Shown: positions 52,021 through 64,000 of the stretch, piece by piece
How positions within the stretch are numbered: the stretch's first letter is position 1
How the letters are laid out: each line of letters begins with the position of its first letter
DNA from: Nemertoderma westbladi
Taxonomy: Eukaryota; Animalia; Xenacoelomorpha
DNA length: 64,000 nucleotides
Assembly (NCBI GenBank): GCA_032718475.1
Contig: JAUCBJ010003970.1
Coordinates: forward strand, 1 to 64,000
Reading direction: 5' to 3'
Notes under the pieces: model-generated
Seen by the model: the letters and a program-made list of their open reading frames with translations, nothing else
The model's database searches: none
What the model was told of the DNA's origin: nothing
Position numbers and translations under genes: made by a program

Positions 52021-53919
52021 GAAGGAAAGACTAGCCGTCTCATTCTAAGACTGCACGATGGCTTTCATATATTATCGGTAATGTGGATTTGAGTAATTAC
52101 GTAGCAAGGGTTGGAGGGTTTGTTTTGGCCCTATACTTGACAATGTTATTGTTACGCAGGATTGGCAATGGAATCGGATGTGTTTTTGATAAGAAAGGGA
52201 GCAGCATAGATTGTATGTATATGTCTACCGTATTATTGGCAGCCATAGGAAGTGATTGTCCTGACTTGTAATTTACTAGACATGCTCTGACTGACGTCAT
52301 TGGGCCCTCCCTTTACATCTGGCCCGGGCCCCACTGCCAGTCCGTCCTCTCTATGTCCGTTCCATTACCTTCTTTGTAACACCCCGCGGTGTTACACCTA
52401 CTATACCTAGTCCAATCCACTTTCACGGTGTGCGGCTCTTTGTCTTTAGTTACCGCGCTAATCAATGGATGGACTGGGCTCCATTGTTTGTTCCTGTCCT
52501 ATTGGCAGAAGCCAGTGATATGCCATTGTTGAGTTGAGGCATTATTGAAATCGGCTGCCTCCCATCCCAAAAATGATGATTGAATGAAAGCTATTGATCG
52601 TTTGTCCCCCAAAGAATAAGGTTGCCTGATATACGCGCGCATATAAGTGAGAACATACAGAATTTACCACAACTTATATACCGGTAGGTAGGTACCGTAG
52701 TGGCAATTTTTTGATGAACAACCCATTTCCAACCCAACTTTATTGCTAAGGCTACATTCTATAAATTTATTCTCTCACAGGCAAAAATAAAAATATTCAA
52801 AAATTATAATTCATTCCGTTTTTACCAGCATGATTCGAATTTATTGAGCGCCTTCCAGATCGCAAATGTGTTGTCGCACCTTTGCCTTGCATGTCCTTTA
52901 CCGTAAATGTAATACGAAAGTGTTAAAAATGCGAGAATTATTTCAATACACACCAATCAACTCCCTGTAAACAGAGAACTTTGGATCTCAGCTATGAACG
53001 AATTTATTTTTTTTCATTTTTGCCTCCTATCTTAAAGAATCTATTTATTTAGTGGGTGGCAGTAAGTTGGACTTGTCCTCCTATCTCTATCCAGTTAGTT
53101 AGTTAGTTAGTTTATACTACTATGTTGATTGTTGCCTCTAAGTTGCCTTTCATTCTAATTATTTAATAACAATTTATTTTCTGTCATTTATAATGATTAT
53201 GAATTGAAGGGCATGTTTTGTGGATTTGAATATATTTGTAATTTAATTTGGTAAAAAAACTGACCAAATTAATTTTTGTTCGGTCTTCGGTGAATCTAGA
53301 TTATTTTATTTATATTTTGTATTTTTGGCATTAAACGGGACACAACGGGACACGATTACCTGTTGCGTGATTCGCGTTATTTTTAGACATCCCTAATGTG
53401 TAAAAGGCAAGAATAACTGTTAATTGCCCAATGTTTTATAGTTGTTGTACAGCAACTTGCAATTGTTACTTTATAGTACCGGTATGTATACCTTACATAC
53501 ATATATAATATATATTAAATAATTAATTAAATAATACTTACTGTATATGAATTAATTAATAATTATGTAATATCGTTAACTAACCATGTTTACTACTAAA
53601 TAACTATGTAGGAGTAACAATTAAAACTAACTACTAATACATTTATATACTATACTACCAGTATAACTTAGTTTGTGGAAAATATACAAAGCGTTATTTT
53701 TATTTACTATACAAACCACCCATTGACTTTTTAAGTTACAATTTAAATACATACAAATTTTATGTTAATTTTACCAGTACAATTACAAGTATAACTAAAT
53801 GTTGGGATATTAAGATTCAATTTTTTATAAAATTTGACTTACAATAATTGGAATTATTTTATAGCAGTAATAAATACCTGAGTTTTTCTCGCACTTGACA
53901 GAACTAATGGCAATGTGGT

Positions 53920-54100
53920 TTCTATTGGTACGTGATAGCTGAACCTCAACTCTTATTATTGGCCGCACTCACCAGGTTTAAATCCATTTAAATGGCTTGT
54001 GTATGACAGCAATGGGAAGGTGTCCCATTCTCCATTGGTGGGCCAGCCTATCTATCAACATATATAAGAGACTGTAGGATATTGAATGACACTCAGTATA
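53920..54100 (+). promoter_or_regulatory. Candidate internal Pol II promoter in srGAP intron 1
   Basis: ATTGG at 53924, 53958 and 54034; TATATAAG at 54061; TCAGT at 54093. Confidence 0.4.
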
Positions 54101-55124
54101 ATTTCAAACACTCCTCCATAGCTTTATGGGTTTGTTTACAGTTTACATTACTGTGCAGTTACTTACAGATCTACTCCTTACCTTACTTAATTGAGGTTAA
54201 AGTCTAACTAATTGTCTTGACACTACTACTGTCTATTATTATTTTATCCACTAGCTTTGACATATTTTACTCCAACAATGTTTACTCACAGTATATTGGA
54301 TGTGTGGTTTAATTTGAAACAGGTGGTTGCGTTGGCGTATCGCACATACTGACGTTATGGCGTAGTTACGTATTTCTGCTTTTTACTTTATGAAAATTAA
54401 GTATAGAATAAATATTGTATATAATTATATAGTCGTCAGTTTGCTCTGTCTATATATTCATATATGGCATGTCTGCATATTTATTATTCTTACTTATTGT
54501 ATTATTATTTGTATATTCGTAAGTTTGACCCAATTAACTGGGATACCGGTATCTCAAGTATATAGGAGTTCGTTTATTACAATTAAGCCATACAATGGGA
54601 ACGGATTTAATTGAGGTTGGGTGTGGTGATGTAATTATTAATTTGGATATAATGTACTCTGTCAACTGTCACCACCACCCTCCAATAGAGTTACGAATAT
54701 TAGAAATTGTCACGTCAATATTTGAAACCGATCACGGAATAGTTTAATTTTCATTTCTGTATATCTTTATTATAAATTATGTTAATTTGTTAGCAGAATA
54801 TAAAATATTATATAGATATCTCATCGGTATTATTAACATATTGATAATAGCCAGCTAATGTATAAAATATTCATAAATTGTAAGTTAACTCATGTTGTCT
54901 ACCAACCTGACGACAAGATATAATATTTCGAATATTAGGGAAAATATTTATTATTCTATATTGTGTATTCTAGGACATAATAAGTTACAAATTATTTATT
55001 AAATGCCTTTCAATTCTATTTACGTAGTTTTAATGCGGTGTGACTGCAGTTAATCTAATTTTCAACCATTACATAAATATGGATAAAATGTTTCTTGTTT
55101 ATTTGTTTGTTATTTTTCTTGGAT

Positions 55125-55600
55125 AGGTATGTTAGGCACTGCTTGTTTTTTCTATGTTAGGTATAGTTAGGTACTGCTTGTTTTTTCTATGTTAGGTATA
55201 GTTAGGTACTGCTTGTTTTTTCTATGTTAGGTATAGTTAGGTACTGCTTGTTTTTATTTGGTTAGGTATTTAATTACTGCTTGTTCATGATATATTTTAT
55301 AATTTAGACAATAAATGTGTTTGTTTTATACCCCCGAATCTGTAAACACAGCTGAATTTCTATTATTATATTACCGGTAGTATACAAAATGCAATATTTA
55401 AGAACAACATTTTCTTCCATGATGGGGTAATTTTGTTCCATTAATTTTGTTCCATGAGGTAATTTTGTTCCATTAATTTGGTTCCATGAGGTAATTTTGT
55501 TCCATTAATTTTGTTCCATGAGGTAATTTTGTTCCATTAATTTTGTTTCATAAGGTAATTTTCTTCCATTAAGTTCGTTCCATTTATTTTGTTCCATTCA
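55125..55600. repeat. Two short tandem arrays (~35 bp and ~32 bp units)
   Basis: ATGTTAGGTATAGTTAGGTACTGCTTGTTTTTTCT and GGTAATTTTGTTCCATTAATTTTGTTCCATGA. Confidence 0.8.
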
Positions 55601-56669
55601 TTCCACTAAAAGTCGATTATAATATAGACCAACAACTCCCATAGGTCAGTTTTTTCTTAAATTCTGAAATTTATTACTTTTTTATTATATAATTATTAAT
55701 TATGTTGAAAAAACAATAATTTCATTTCACCATTTATCGAAGTTGATAAATTTATTCAGCTTTGAATTTTATCATGTTCACATATTTAAATGGCATAAAC
55801 ACAAATATCACCGTGTAATATTGTTTGGAATAAGCGGATTCCGTTAAATTTATTGATTTTTGGTTTTTTTGCTTCGTTGCTATAGTGATATGTTATGCAG
55901 GAGAAACTTAAATAAACCCTTTTAGAAAAATATCTCTGCTTCAAATTTCATGCGACCTTATTTAGATTTGTAAGAATATTATTAGCGTGGGCACTGAATT
56001 GAGAGATATCCATGCTACCCGCCACCCTCCTCGTATTTAATCTACTTTCTTGCGTAATGTAGTGTACCGCGCTTCATTGTAATTTCAACGGGGTTTTTAA
56101 AATCCTCCCCTGCTAGCTGCTCCTGCTGTGTGAAAAATGTGGATTCCTTTCCTGCTTGAAATATGATTTATGATGAAGGTGTTGTGCTCTTACGTAGTGC
56201 AGTACAACTGTATCGACATTGCTATTTGTCATCATATTCTTATTTGAATGTTAAAAATTTATTTTAATACATATAGACGAATCTATTCCAATCCAGACGC
56301 AGACATGTCAAACATTCGTTAATTAAATTAGGCTACGCGTGTTTACTTACCAGACCTATTCACATTTATATAATATATTATAATGTCTCTGTGAATTTGT
56401 TTAATTTATTTTTCGTTGATAAACAATAAACATATTCCATACAACATAACATAACTCAAGTTGTTTTTGTTAATTATCTTTATTATGCACTTTCACTTTT
56501 ATCTTAGTATTTTGGTTATGTGGTTAGTTCTGCCCTTGCGCTTCCGCTTAGTGCTTATATCCTTTTGTTTTTATTTTTAACTTAATTTTGGAGTTAAATG
56601 GTGTTTTAGTTATTAACCTCGCTTTTGTTTTGGTTACCGGTACTTAACTTCATTTGAACTTACTATTTG

Positions 56670-56905
56670 TATTTAGTGTTTTGGTTATTTACCTCCGTTA
56701 TACACTTACTTCTTAGTGTTTTGGTTATTTACGTCAGTTATTCACTTTCTACTTAGTGTTTTGGTTATTTACCTCAGTTATTCACTTACTACTTAGTGTT
56801 TTGGTTATTTACCTCCGTTATACACTTACTAGTTAGTGTTTCGGTTATTTTCCTCCGTTATGCACTTACTACTTAGTGTTTTGGTTATTTACCTCCGTTA
56901 TGCAC
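56670..56905. repeat. ~40-bp tandem repeat, ~6 copies
   Basis: TTAGTGTTTTGGTTATTTACCTCCGTTATACACTTACTAC. Confidence 0.85.
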
Positions 56906-57405
56906 TCGCTTAAACGTAGCAGTTCGTTCGCGCAGTCGGTCCGCAATCGAGGCGGCTCTTGCAGTTGCGTCAGATCTCAGGAGGCACCGGAGGCCCTAAC
57001 AATATGGGCCGACATTCACGACCGTAAGTGTAATTCCATTTCAACATTCGTATGATGCGTTTTCGTATGATTCGTTCGTATGATGCATTCGTGCGTTTGG
57101 ATTTAACTGTATACGCTTGAAAACTATTTAATATCATAACAATGTTCAGTGAGCAGTAACACTTCCTATATTTCAATTTTCAGTAAATGGTCTAAAAAAT
57201 GATTCAGACATAATTTGAACATATTTTAGATTAGGTTTCGGGCCCCAGTAAAGAGAGATCGCGACATAGGAGTTACGAGGTTTACAAGTAGTACCACGAA
57301 TCACGATGTTATGTTCACTTAATTATATATTAGTTACACTTTGTTTTAATCATAAACACTATACCATATTAATGGCAGGCTACTCCAATCTGCATTTATC
57401 ATTTA

Positions 57406-57512
57406 GTCATTTCATCGACCCAGTGGATGAACGGCTGAGTGGACCCTGGCGGGGCTGAACCTACAATCAATATATTGCAGGCCCTGCGCTCAACCAACTG
57501 AGCTACCCCGCC
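57406..57512 (-). mobile_element. tRNA-derived SINE fragment
   Basis: Minus strand GGCGGGGTAGCTCAGTTGG (A box) ... GGTTCAGCCCC (degenerate B box), then ACTCAGCCGTTCATCC..GGTCGATGAAATGA. Confidence 0.7.
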
Positions 57513-58521
57513 TCCGCCTATGTAACTTTTTTGATAATAATTTACTTGGCCGTAGTGAAGTGAATGGACGGCATACTTAATTACTTATAATATATTCCGC
57601 TCACTTCGTTACATGAATTGACGTCACATTATTTATTTACATCACTTATTATCTAATATCGGCTCTGTACTCTGTACACCCATTACATGGTAATCCCAAC
57701 CGTATGATGGGGTGTTGGTAGCTTTAGCGATCTAGTTGGTAAGTTGAAATCGTACTGTGGTGCCCCTCCCCAACAGTGTATTAATTCCACTATGTGGTTT
57801 CTGCTTTCTAAGCTTTCCTCTTGGTACCGATAATGTTAAATTGTATTTATTTACTTGTGTCCATGAATTGAGATAAATTTAGAACCAGCAACATATTGCC
57901 ATTTAATATCATTCAGTTACCAACCATACAGTACTAGTAAGTAATTACTACACTGTCTGAGTGTCTGTCTCTGATTATAGATCTCCAATGTTTCAGTGGT
58001 TGAAGGTCGAACGAACGTGTTCCCTAAACACGCCTGCTGCTACTTGCTGTGTGTACCAATAGATTTATGGACAGGACATGCACCATTTGGCTTCCCTTAC
58101 ATTTCCTCTTTCCCAAACTACAGTGTATATCAATCAATACATCAATAGGCTTGCAAAATCAATTCACAAATGTCGCCTGTCTAGTCAACCCAGCCTATGA
58201 AATTAATGGGTTTTCTCCTGAGAAATGTCCCTTGTAAATTTTTGCGATATGATATATTTACATTTGTGTGTAATTAATTACATATAGGGAGGGGAGTCAG
58301 TGTGTAATAATAATAATTACTCAATATTTAACTCACTCCTACAACACCCATACCGAACCCTGACGTAATTGTAGGCGCTGTTACTACAATTTAGCGATAT
58401 CCGTCTAGACTGAATTGACTTTATGGCGTAATTAGTTTGTTATTTTATTCGTATTCAGTTAACGTTGTCTATTACATGTGTGCAATTTAATTTTAGTGTC
58501 GCTTTTCACTTTATATCACAG

Positions 58522-58705
58522 ATTTAAAGAACCAACTACAGGAGCAATTGCGATGCCTGGACGGCCGTCTGGAAGTGGAACTGGGTCTCCTTGGGGACAT
58601 GCAAGATTACTACAAACGTCGCTCCGAGATTGAACTCGAATACTCAAGAAGTTTGGACAAACTCTCGGAACGATTCTTAGCCAAACACAAAAATGCCATG
58701 ATCAA
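58522..58705 (+). CDS. SRGAP: srGAP exon 2 (F-BAR/FCH domain; absent from the ORF track)
   Basis: cacag|AT TTA...: LKNQLQEQLRCLDGRLEVELGLLGDMQDYYKRRSEIELEYSRSLDKLSERFLAKHKNAMI|gtgagt, matching srGAP QL.EQ.KCL...DLQDFFRKKAEIE.EYSR.LEKLAERF. Confidence 0.92.
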
Positions 58706-60496
58706 GTGAGTTCGCAGACCAAACATTTAAACTCTTTGTTTCTTATTAACTTATTTATCATCGCCTTGCACAGGTTTTAGCATATTTCTAGCAATGAGTG
58801 TCTGGCGACTGTTTGCTTTGCTTTATTTCTAAGCGAATGCAGTTAAATATTCTATTATTGTCTCTAATTTTATTCTCCCGGTTATCCTGTGTTATACTGT
58901 GTAACCTATCCAACTTAGGGATGACCTCGTTACTATTATTAGTGGCGATCTGAGGGCGGACAATTAATAGTTCTCTAGAACTAAAACTGTATGTACTGTA
59001 CATAAATAATAATACATATCTACAACCATTGGGTATATCAATACATAACGTACACGAACAGACCAGATGTGCGTAATACACGACGCGTATTCATCTTATA
59101 TTTCTTTTAAACCAATTTTGATAGATAATTAGTAAATAACTCACTGTCCTCTCTCCTTTTGTTGAACGGACGTAGCTGTGGGGCGAGCCACGAAAGTAAG
59201 CGAGCTTAGCATACAGGTATCATTAACTCATTAACTCAATCGGTGTGTCTGTTGTTCTGTTGTGTTCAAATTTAAACGTTAATAACAGCCAAATCTATCC
59301 AAACTTGGTACACATGTAGTCTGGCAAAAGTTTAGAAATTTTCCAAGTTGAATTTGCCTGTGGCCTTTGAGAAGGTAAGATAAATTCAGTTAATTAATTA
59401 ATATTTAATTAATTAATGTTGGTTAGGGTAAAAAACAGCATTTTCAACATGACTTTTAATGGAAATTAATTATTTTATAGTATAAGATGTAAATAATTAT
59501 ACTTAAAAATTATACGGTGTAATCCCCATACCCCATTCCATTATAGTTTTTAATTAGTTCAAGTTATTTGCTTTAAGAAATGTGTTTTTAATTGATCTAA
59601 ACGTAATTAAGTTATTAAAATACGCCGTCAGCCGTCACTCTATACTTGTAGGCTCCCTTATTCCAAGGCATGTTTGTTATTGCCTAGCCTTTTTTTGATG
59701 CATTTATTTGATGGTTAAGTAACTTAAATAATATGCGTTCTTTAATTATTTTTGCTAGAAATTTGTGCTGTTTGTATATTTGTGAATCGCTTCCAGTTGT
59801 ATTTTGTGTTATTTTAAAAATATATATAACATATCACTTTTAAAACACAAATTTTAAGTTAATACCTCTGCCTTTCATCAATCGCACCATTGGTGCGCCT
59901 TTGGGTTGGGGTGGTGCAGATTAAGAGGGAGGTTAAGGGGTGGGGGTTGGGGGTGGGGCTTTATTTTCCTCTTAATTTGATTTACTGGTGTTTGGTTAAA
60001 TTTCTTGAATACCGAGTTTGTGATACAGTAGAATCAATATTAATCTGTATCTCATAATTAAGCCTCGTGCTGCGCGAAGGCCCCAGGAACGTGTTGGTTG
60101 TCTGTATACAGATAGGGAGCGATTACAATTGTTTGGTTTTACTGCAATACCTAATTTATTAGCGTATGTGAGGTAAATGTTTAATATAAATCATGCATAT
60201 ATATATACATCATGTAATCCAATCCAATCCAATCCATGGCGTGGTGAGAATCACATTTCATTTTATTTTACTATGACAACCGCCACATTATACATCTTAC
60301 CCATTACCGGTACAACTCTAGTAGTTAGTACGGTGACCTTCACTTATATGATGCGACACATAGATGATAGAAAGAAACCACAGGAATTATTGGTAGAGGT
60401 CCAATGTCCAGTGATATAATTTGTCTCAACTCCAAAGTTAGGCGAAACTCAGTTTGTTAAAAGTAATACGCCACGTGGGGTTGTGCGGCGAATTAA

Positions 60497-60734
60497 TCGG
60501 TCGGTCGGTCGGTCGGTCGGTCGGTCGGTCGGTCGGTCGGTCGGTCGGTCGGTCGGTCGGTCGGTCGGTCGGTCGGTCGGTCGGTCGGTCGGTCGGTCGG
60601 TCGGTCGGTCGGTCGGTCGGTCGGTCGGTCGGTCGGTCGGTCGGTCGGTCGGTCGGTCGGTCGGTCGGTCGGTCGGTCGGTCGGTCGGTCGGTCGGTCGA
60701 TCGGTCTTTCGATCGGTCGGTCAATCGGTCGGTC
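60497..60734. repeat. (TCGG)n microsatellite
   Basis: About 50 perfect units followed by a degenerate tail. Confidence 0.97.
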
Positions 60735-61322
60735 GTTTGTTTATAGTATATAGCGTTCAGTCCAGTGTTCAGTGCGCATTTTATATTTTTTATTTCACAT
60801 ATCGCGATTTAGCCCACAGAGTTGATCACACCTTATAGTCCAGAGTTCATACCACGGTTTAAGCGTAGTTACATTTTTTTATACTATGCATCTAATTTTC
60901 TAATTATTATGAAATCCTCTAACCATCAAATTTGTAGAATTTGTTTGTGTTTTTGTCACTTTGATTATCAGTAACTCTATCTGAACTAAAGAGTGAAATG
61001 TTCATGAGAATTCCGTTTCTATTAGGCTATACTACTGTAGTCTTATATTGAATATTGATATGTTGTGTGAATACCACACAGTATAAGCACGTTATCATTA
61101 TGTTTTCCTTGTTGCCTGCGGTTTGCACTGTTCTGCTGTCCAGGCAAATTTTCCCTTTGTGTTACTTTATTTCCCATCAGATTACAACAAGCCAAAGAAC
61201 TTATGGAAAAATCAGACCGATTGGCACGTCGTAAATCTAGGTAATGTTTCTGATAACCTTTGCTTTTGCCGGTATATCGGAGTTTCCTTTTACAAAAATA
61301 ACATCTGGATGTATTTAAGTCT

Positions 61323-61485
61323 GAGATAGGGGGGTCTATTGACGCAATCAGAATGAAACCCTCTCCGTGGGCATAGTTGACGCAAACTGCAGCTGATTAC
61401 GAGCAAAAATGAAACTGTAACCTATGCTATTGACTCTGGTTTATTGTTTTGATTAGAATAACATGCCACTGTAACCTGACCTTTT
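61323..61485 (-). mobile_element. MITE family A, partial diverged copy
   Basis: GAGATAGGGGGG start; GACGCAAAC..CAGCTGATTAC..AAACTGTAACC body. Confidence 0.65.
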
Positions 61486-61924
61486 ATTGATGATTACAGT
61501 GTTATACTGTACATTTGCGTCATTAGTCCACCTCTGTCTCTTAATTTTAGTTTATACTCAATTATTAATATTTCTCTGTACTTATGGTGGAAACTTTTTT
61601 TTCTATATAATAATTTCTTCATATGAAACTCCGGTATTGGCATTGTGTGCCTATAAACGTTGTGTATGTGCTACACTGTCCCTGCACGGCACCAACACGC
61701 GAGGCAGCTTTGGGTATATTCGTATAAAGGTTTTAGATCTGGTGATTTCTATTTAATCTTCCCATATCATTTTTGTTTTACTGACCCAGCTGATGTGTTC
61801 TGTATGTATTATAGTATTCACTAGAATGTTATTTACCTACAATGCTAGTGGGTCTTGGTGTGTGGTCGGGGCATGATCAATGAGATTATCTCTTGCAGTG
61901 ACAATGAGACCTAAGGGGGTTAGT

Positions 61925-63765
61925 CCCACAAATTGCCTACTGGCGGAGTGTGGGCTACAAACTGCCTACTGGTGGAGTGTGTGCTACAACCTGCCTACAA
62001 GATGAGTGGGGGCTACATCCTGCCTACAAGAGGAGTGGGGGCTACAATCTGCCTACTATAGAAATGTGGACTACAAACTGCCTACTATAGAAGTGTGGAC
62101 TACAAACTGCCTACTAGTGTTGCCTATACAAACTGCATACTAGGGGATTGTGGGCTACAAACTGCCTAGTGGCGGAGTGTGGGCTACAAATTTACTAGTA
62201 GAGGAGTGTGGGCTACAAACTGCCTACTAGTGTGGGCTACAAACTGCCTACTAGGGGATTGTGGACTACAAACTGCCTACGAGTGTGGAATATGGGCTAC
62301 GAACTGCCTAGTAGCGGAGTGTGGGCTTCAAATTCCCTAGTAGAGGAGTGTGGACTACAAACTGCCTGCTAGAGGAGTGTGGGCTACAAACTGCCTATTA
62401 GCGGTGCCTACAACCTACATACTAGGGGAGTATGGGCTACAAACTGCCTACTTTGTTGAGTGTGGGCTACAAACTGCCTACTTAGTTGAGTATGGGCTAC
62501 AAACTGCCTACTAGTGTGGGCTAAAAGCTGCTTGCTAGTTGAGTGTTGGCTACAAACTGTCTACTAATGTGGGCTATAAACTGCCTACTAGGGGAGTTTG
62601 GGCTACAAAATACCTTCTAGTGGAGTTTGGGCTTCAAACTGCCTACTAGAGGAGTGTGGGCTACAAACTACCTACTAGAGGAGTGGGGGCTACAAACTAC
62701 CTAATAGAGGAGTGGGGTCTACAAACTGCTTACTAGTGTTGGCTACAGACTGCCTACTAGTGTTGGCTACAGACTGCCTATTAGATGAGTATGGGCTACA
62801 AACTACCTACTAGAGGAGTGTAGGCTACAAACTACCTACTAGAGGAATGGGGGCTACAAACTGCTTACTAGTGTTGGCTACAAACTGCCTACTAGTGTTG
62901 GCTACAGACTGCCTATTATATGAGTATGGGCTACAAAATGCCTACTGGGGGGTGTGGGCTACAAAATGCCAACTAATGTGGGCTTCAAACTACCTACTAG
63001 AGGAGTGGGGGCTACAAACTGCTTACTAGTGTTGGCTCCAGACTGCCTACTAGTGTAGGCTACAAACTGCCTACTAGTGTTGGCTACAAACTGCCTATTA
63101 GATGAGAATGGGCTACAAACTGCCTACTGGGGAGTGTGGGCTACAAACTGCCTACTAGTGTGGGCTACAAACTGGCTACTAGGGGATAGTGTGTTACAAA
63201 CTGCCTACTGACCGAGTGTGTGCTACAAACTGCATCACTAGAGGAGTGTGGGCTACAAACTGCCTACTAGTGTGGGATACAACTGCCTACTCTAGGGGAG
63301 TGCGGCTACATACTGCCTACTAGTGTGGAATATGGGCTACTCCTACTTGGGGAGTCTGGGCTACAAACTGATACTAGTGTAGGCTTCAACTGCCTACTAG
63401 CGTTGCCTTCAAACTGCATACTGAGGGAGTGTGGGCTACAAGCTGCCTACTAGGGGATTATGGGCTACAAACTGCCTACTAGTGTGGAAAATTGGCTACA
63501 CCTACTTGGGGAGTGTGGGCTACAAACTGATAATAGTGTAGGCTTCAACTGCCTACTAGCGTTGCCTTCAAACTGCATACTGAGGGAGTGTGGGCTACAA
63601 GCTGCCTACTAGGGGATTATGGGTTACAAACTGCCTACTAGGTGATTATGGGCTACAAACTGCCTACTATGGGAGTGTGTGCCACAAACTGGCTACCAAA
63701 CTAGCGGAGTGTGGATATAAACTGCCTACTAGCGGAGTATGAGCTACAAACTGCCTACTAGGTAG
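61925..63765. repeat. Diverged ~25/31-bp minisatellite
   Basis: Core GTGTGGGCTACAAACTGCCTACTAG(AGGA). Confidence 0.9.
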
Positions 63766-64000
63766 GATACAATCTGCCTGCATTGCCTGAAACACTCCTG
63801 CCCTACAGGTTGTTATTATTTCATTGCTTGATGTGGTACAGTATTGGATCAGCAACATAATTATCAAATATCTATGTTACAAACTATACGGTTTACAGGT
63901 ATGTTACTATGACAATAAGTATACCTTTTATTTATATACAATGTGAGAAGGGGTTAGTCGAGTCTCGTGCTGCAGTATTTAATACATAAATAATTACATT

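Noticed and set aside
60449-60753. TDRP/SVGR repeat ORFs
   Set aside because: Translation of the (TCGG)n microsatellite.

Overview
AT-rich, repeat-dense animal (probably invertebrate) nuclear DNA with GT-AG introns; no prokaryotic features. Four protein-coding loci are supported. (1) The last two exons of a canonical Ras gene on the minus strand (2471-2955, ending CSLL); I could not find its 5' exons. (2) An intronless beta-ureidopropionase UPB1 (18520-19662, +). (3) An apparently intact three-exon, 287-aa YqaJ/lambda-exonuclease-family nuclease gene (32342-28836, -) with no transposase seen nearby. (4) Exons 1-2 of an srGAP (F-BAR) gene (36203-58705, +), head-to-head with the nuclease. Most long ORFs in the track are read-throughs of tandem arrays (33, 27, 63 and 22 bp units); 81, 17, ~61 and 20 bp arrays are also present. 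There are many MITEs (hAT-, Harbinger- and other TIR types), a tRNA-derived SINE and a decayed LINE. The window starts with an inverted amplification-adapter dimer, so the assembly contains a library artefact. The most interesting signals are the candidate domesticated nuclease, a ~50-bp module shared by unrelated TIR elements and tandemly amplified, and recurrent +6-bp palindromic insertions at TA sites (TAGGCCTA/TACCGGTA) resembling excision footprints. All coordinates were read by eye and no searches were run.
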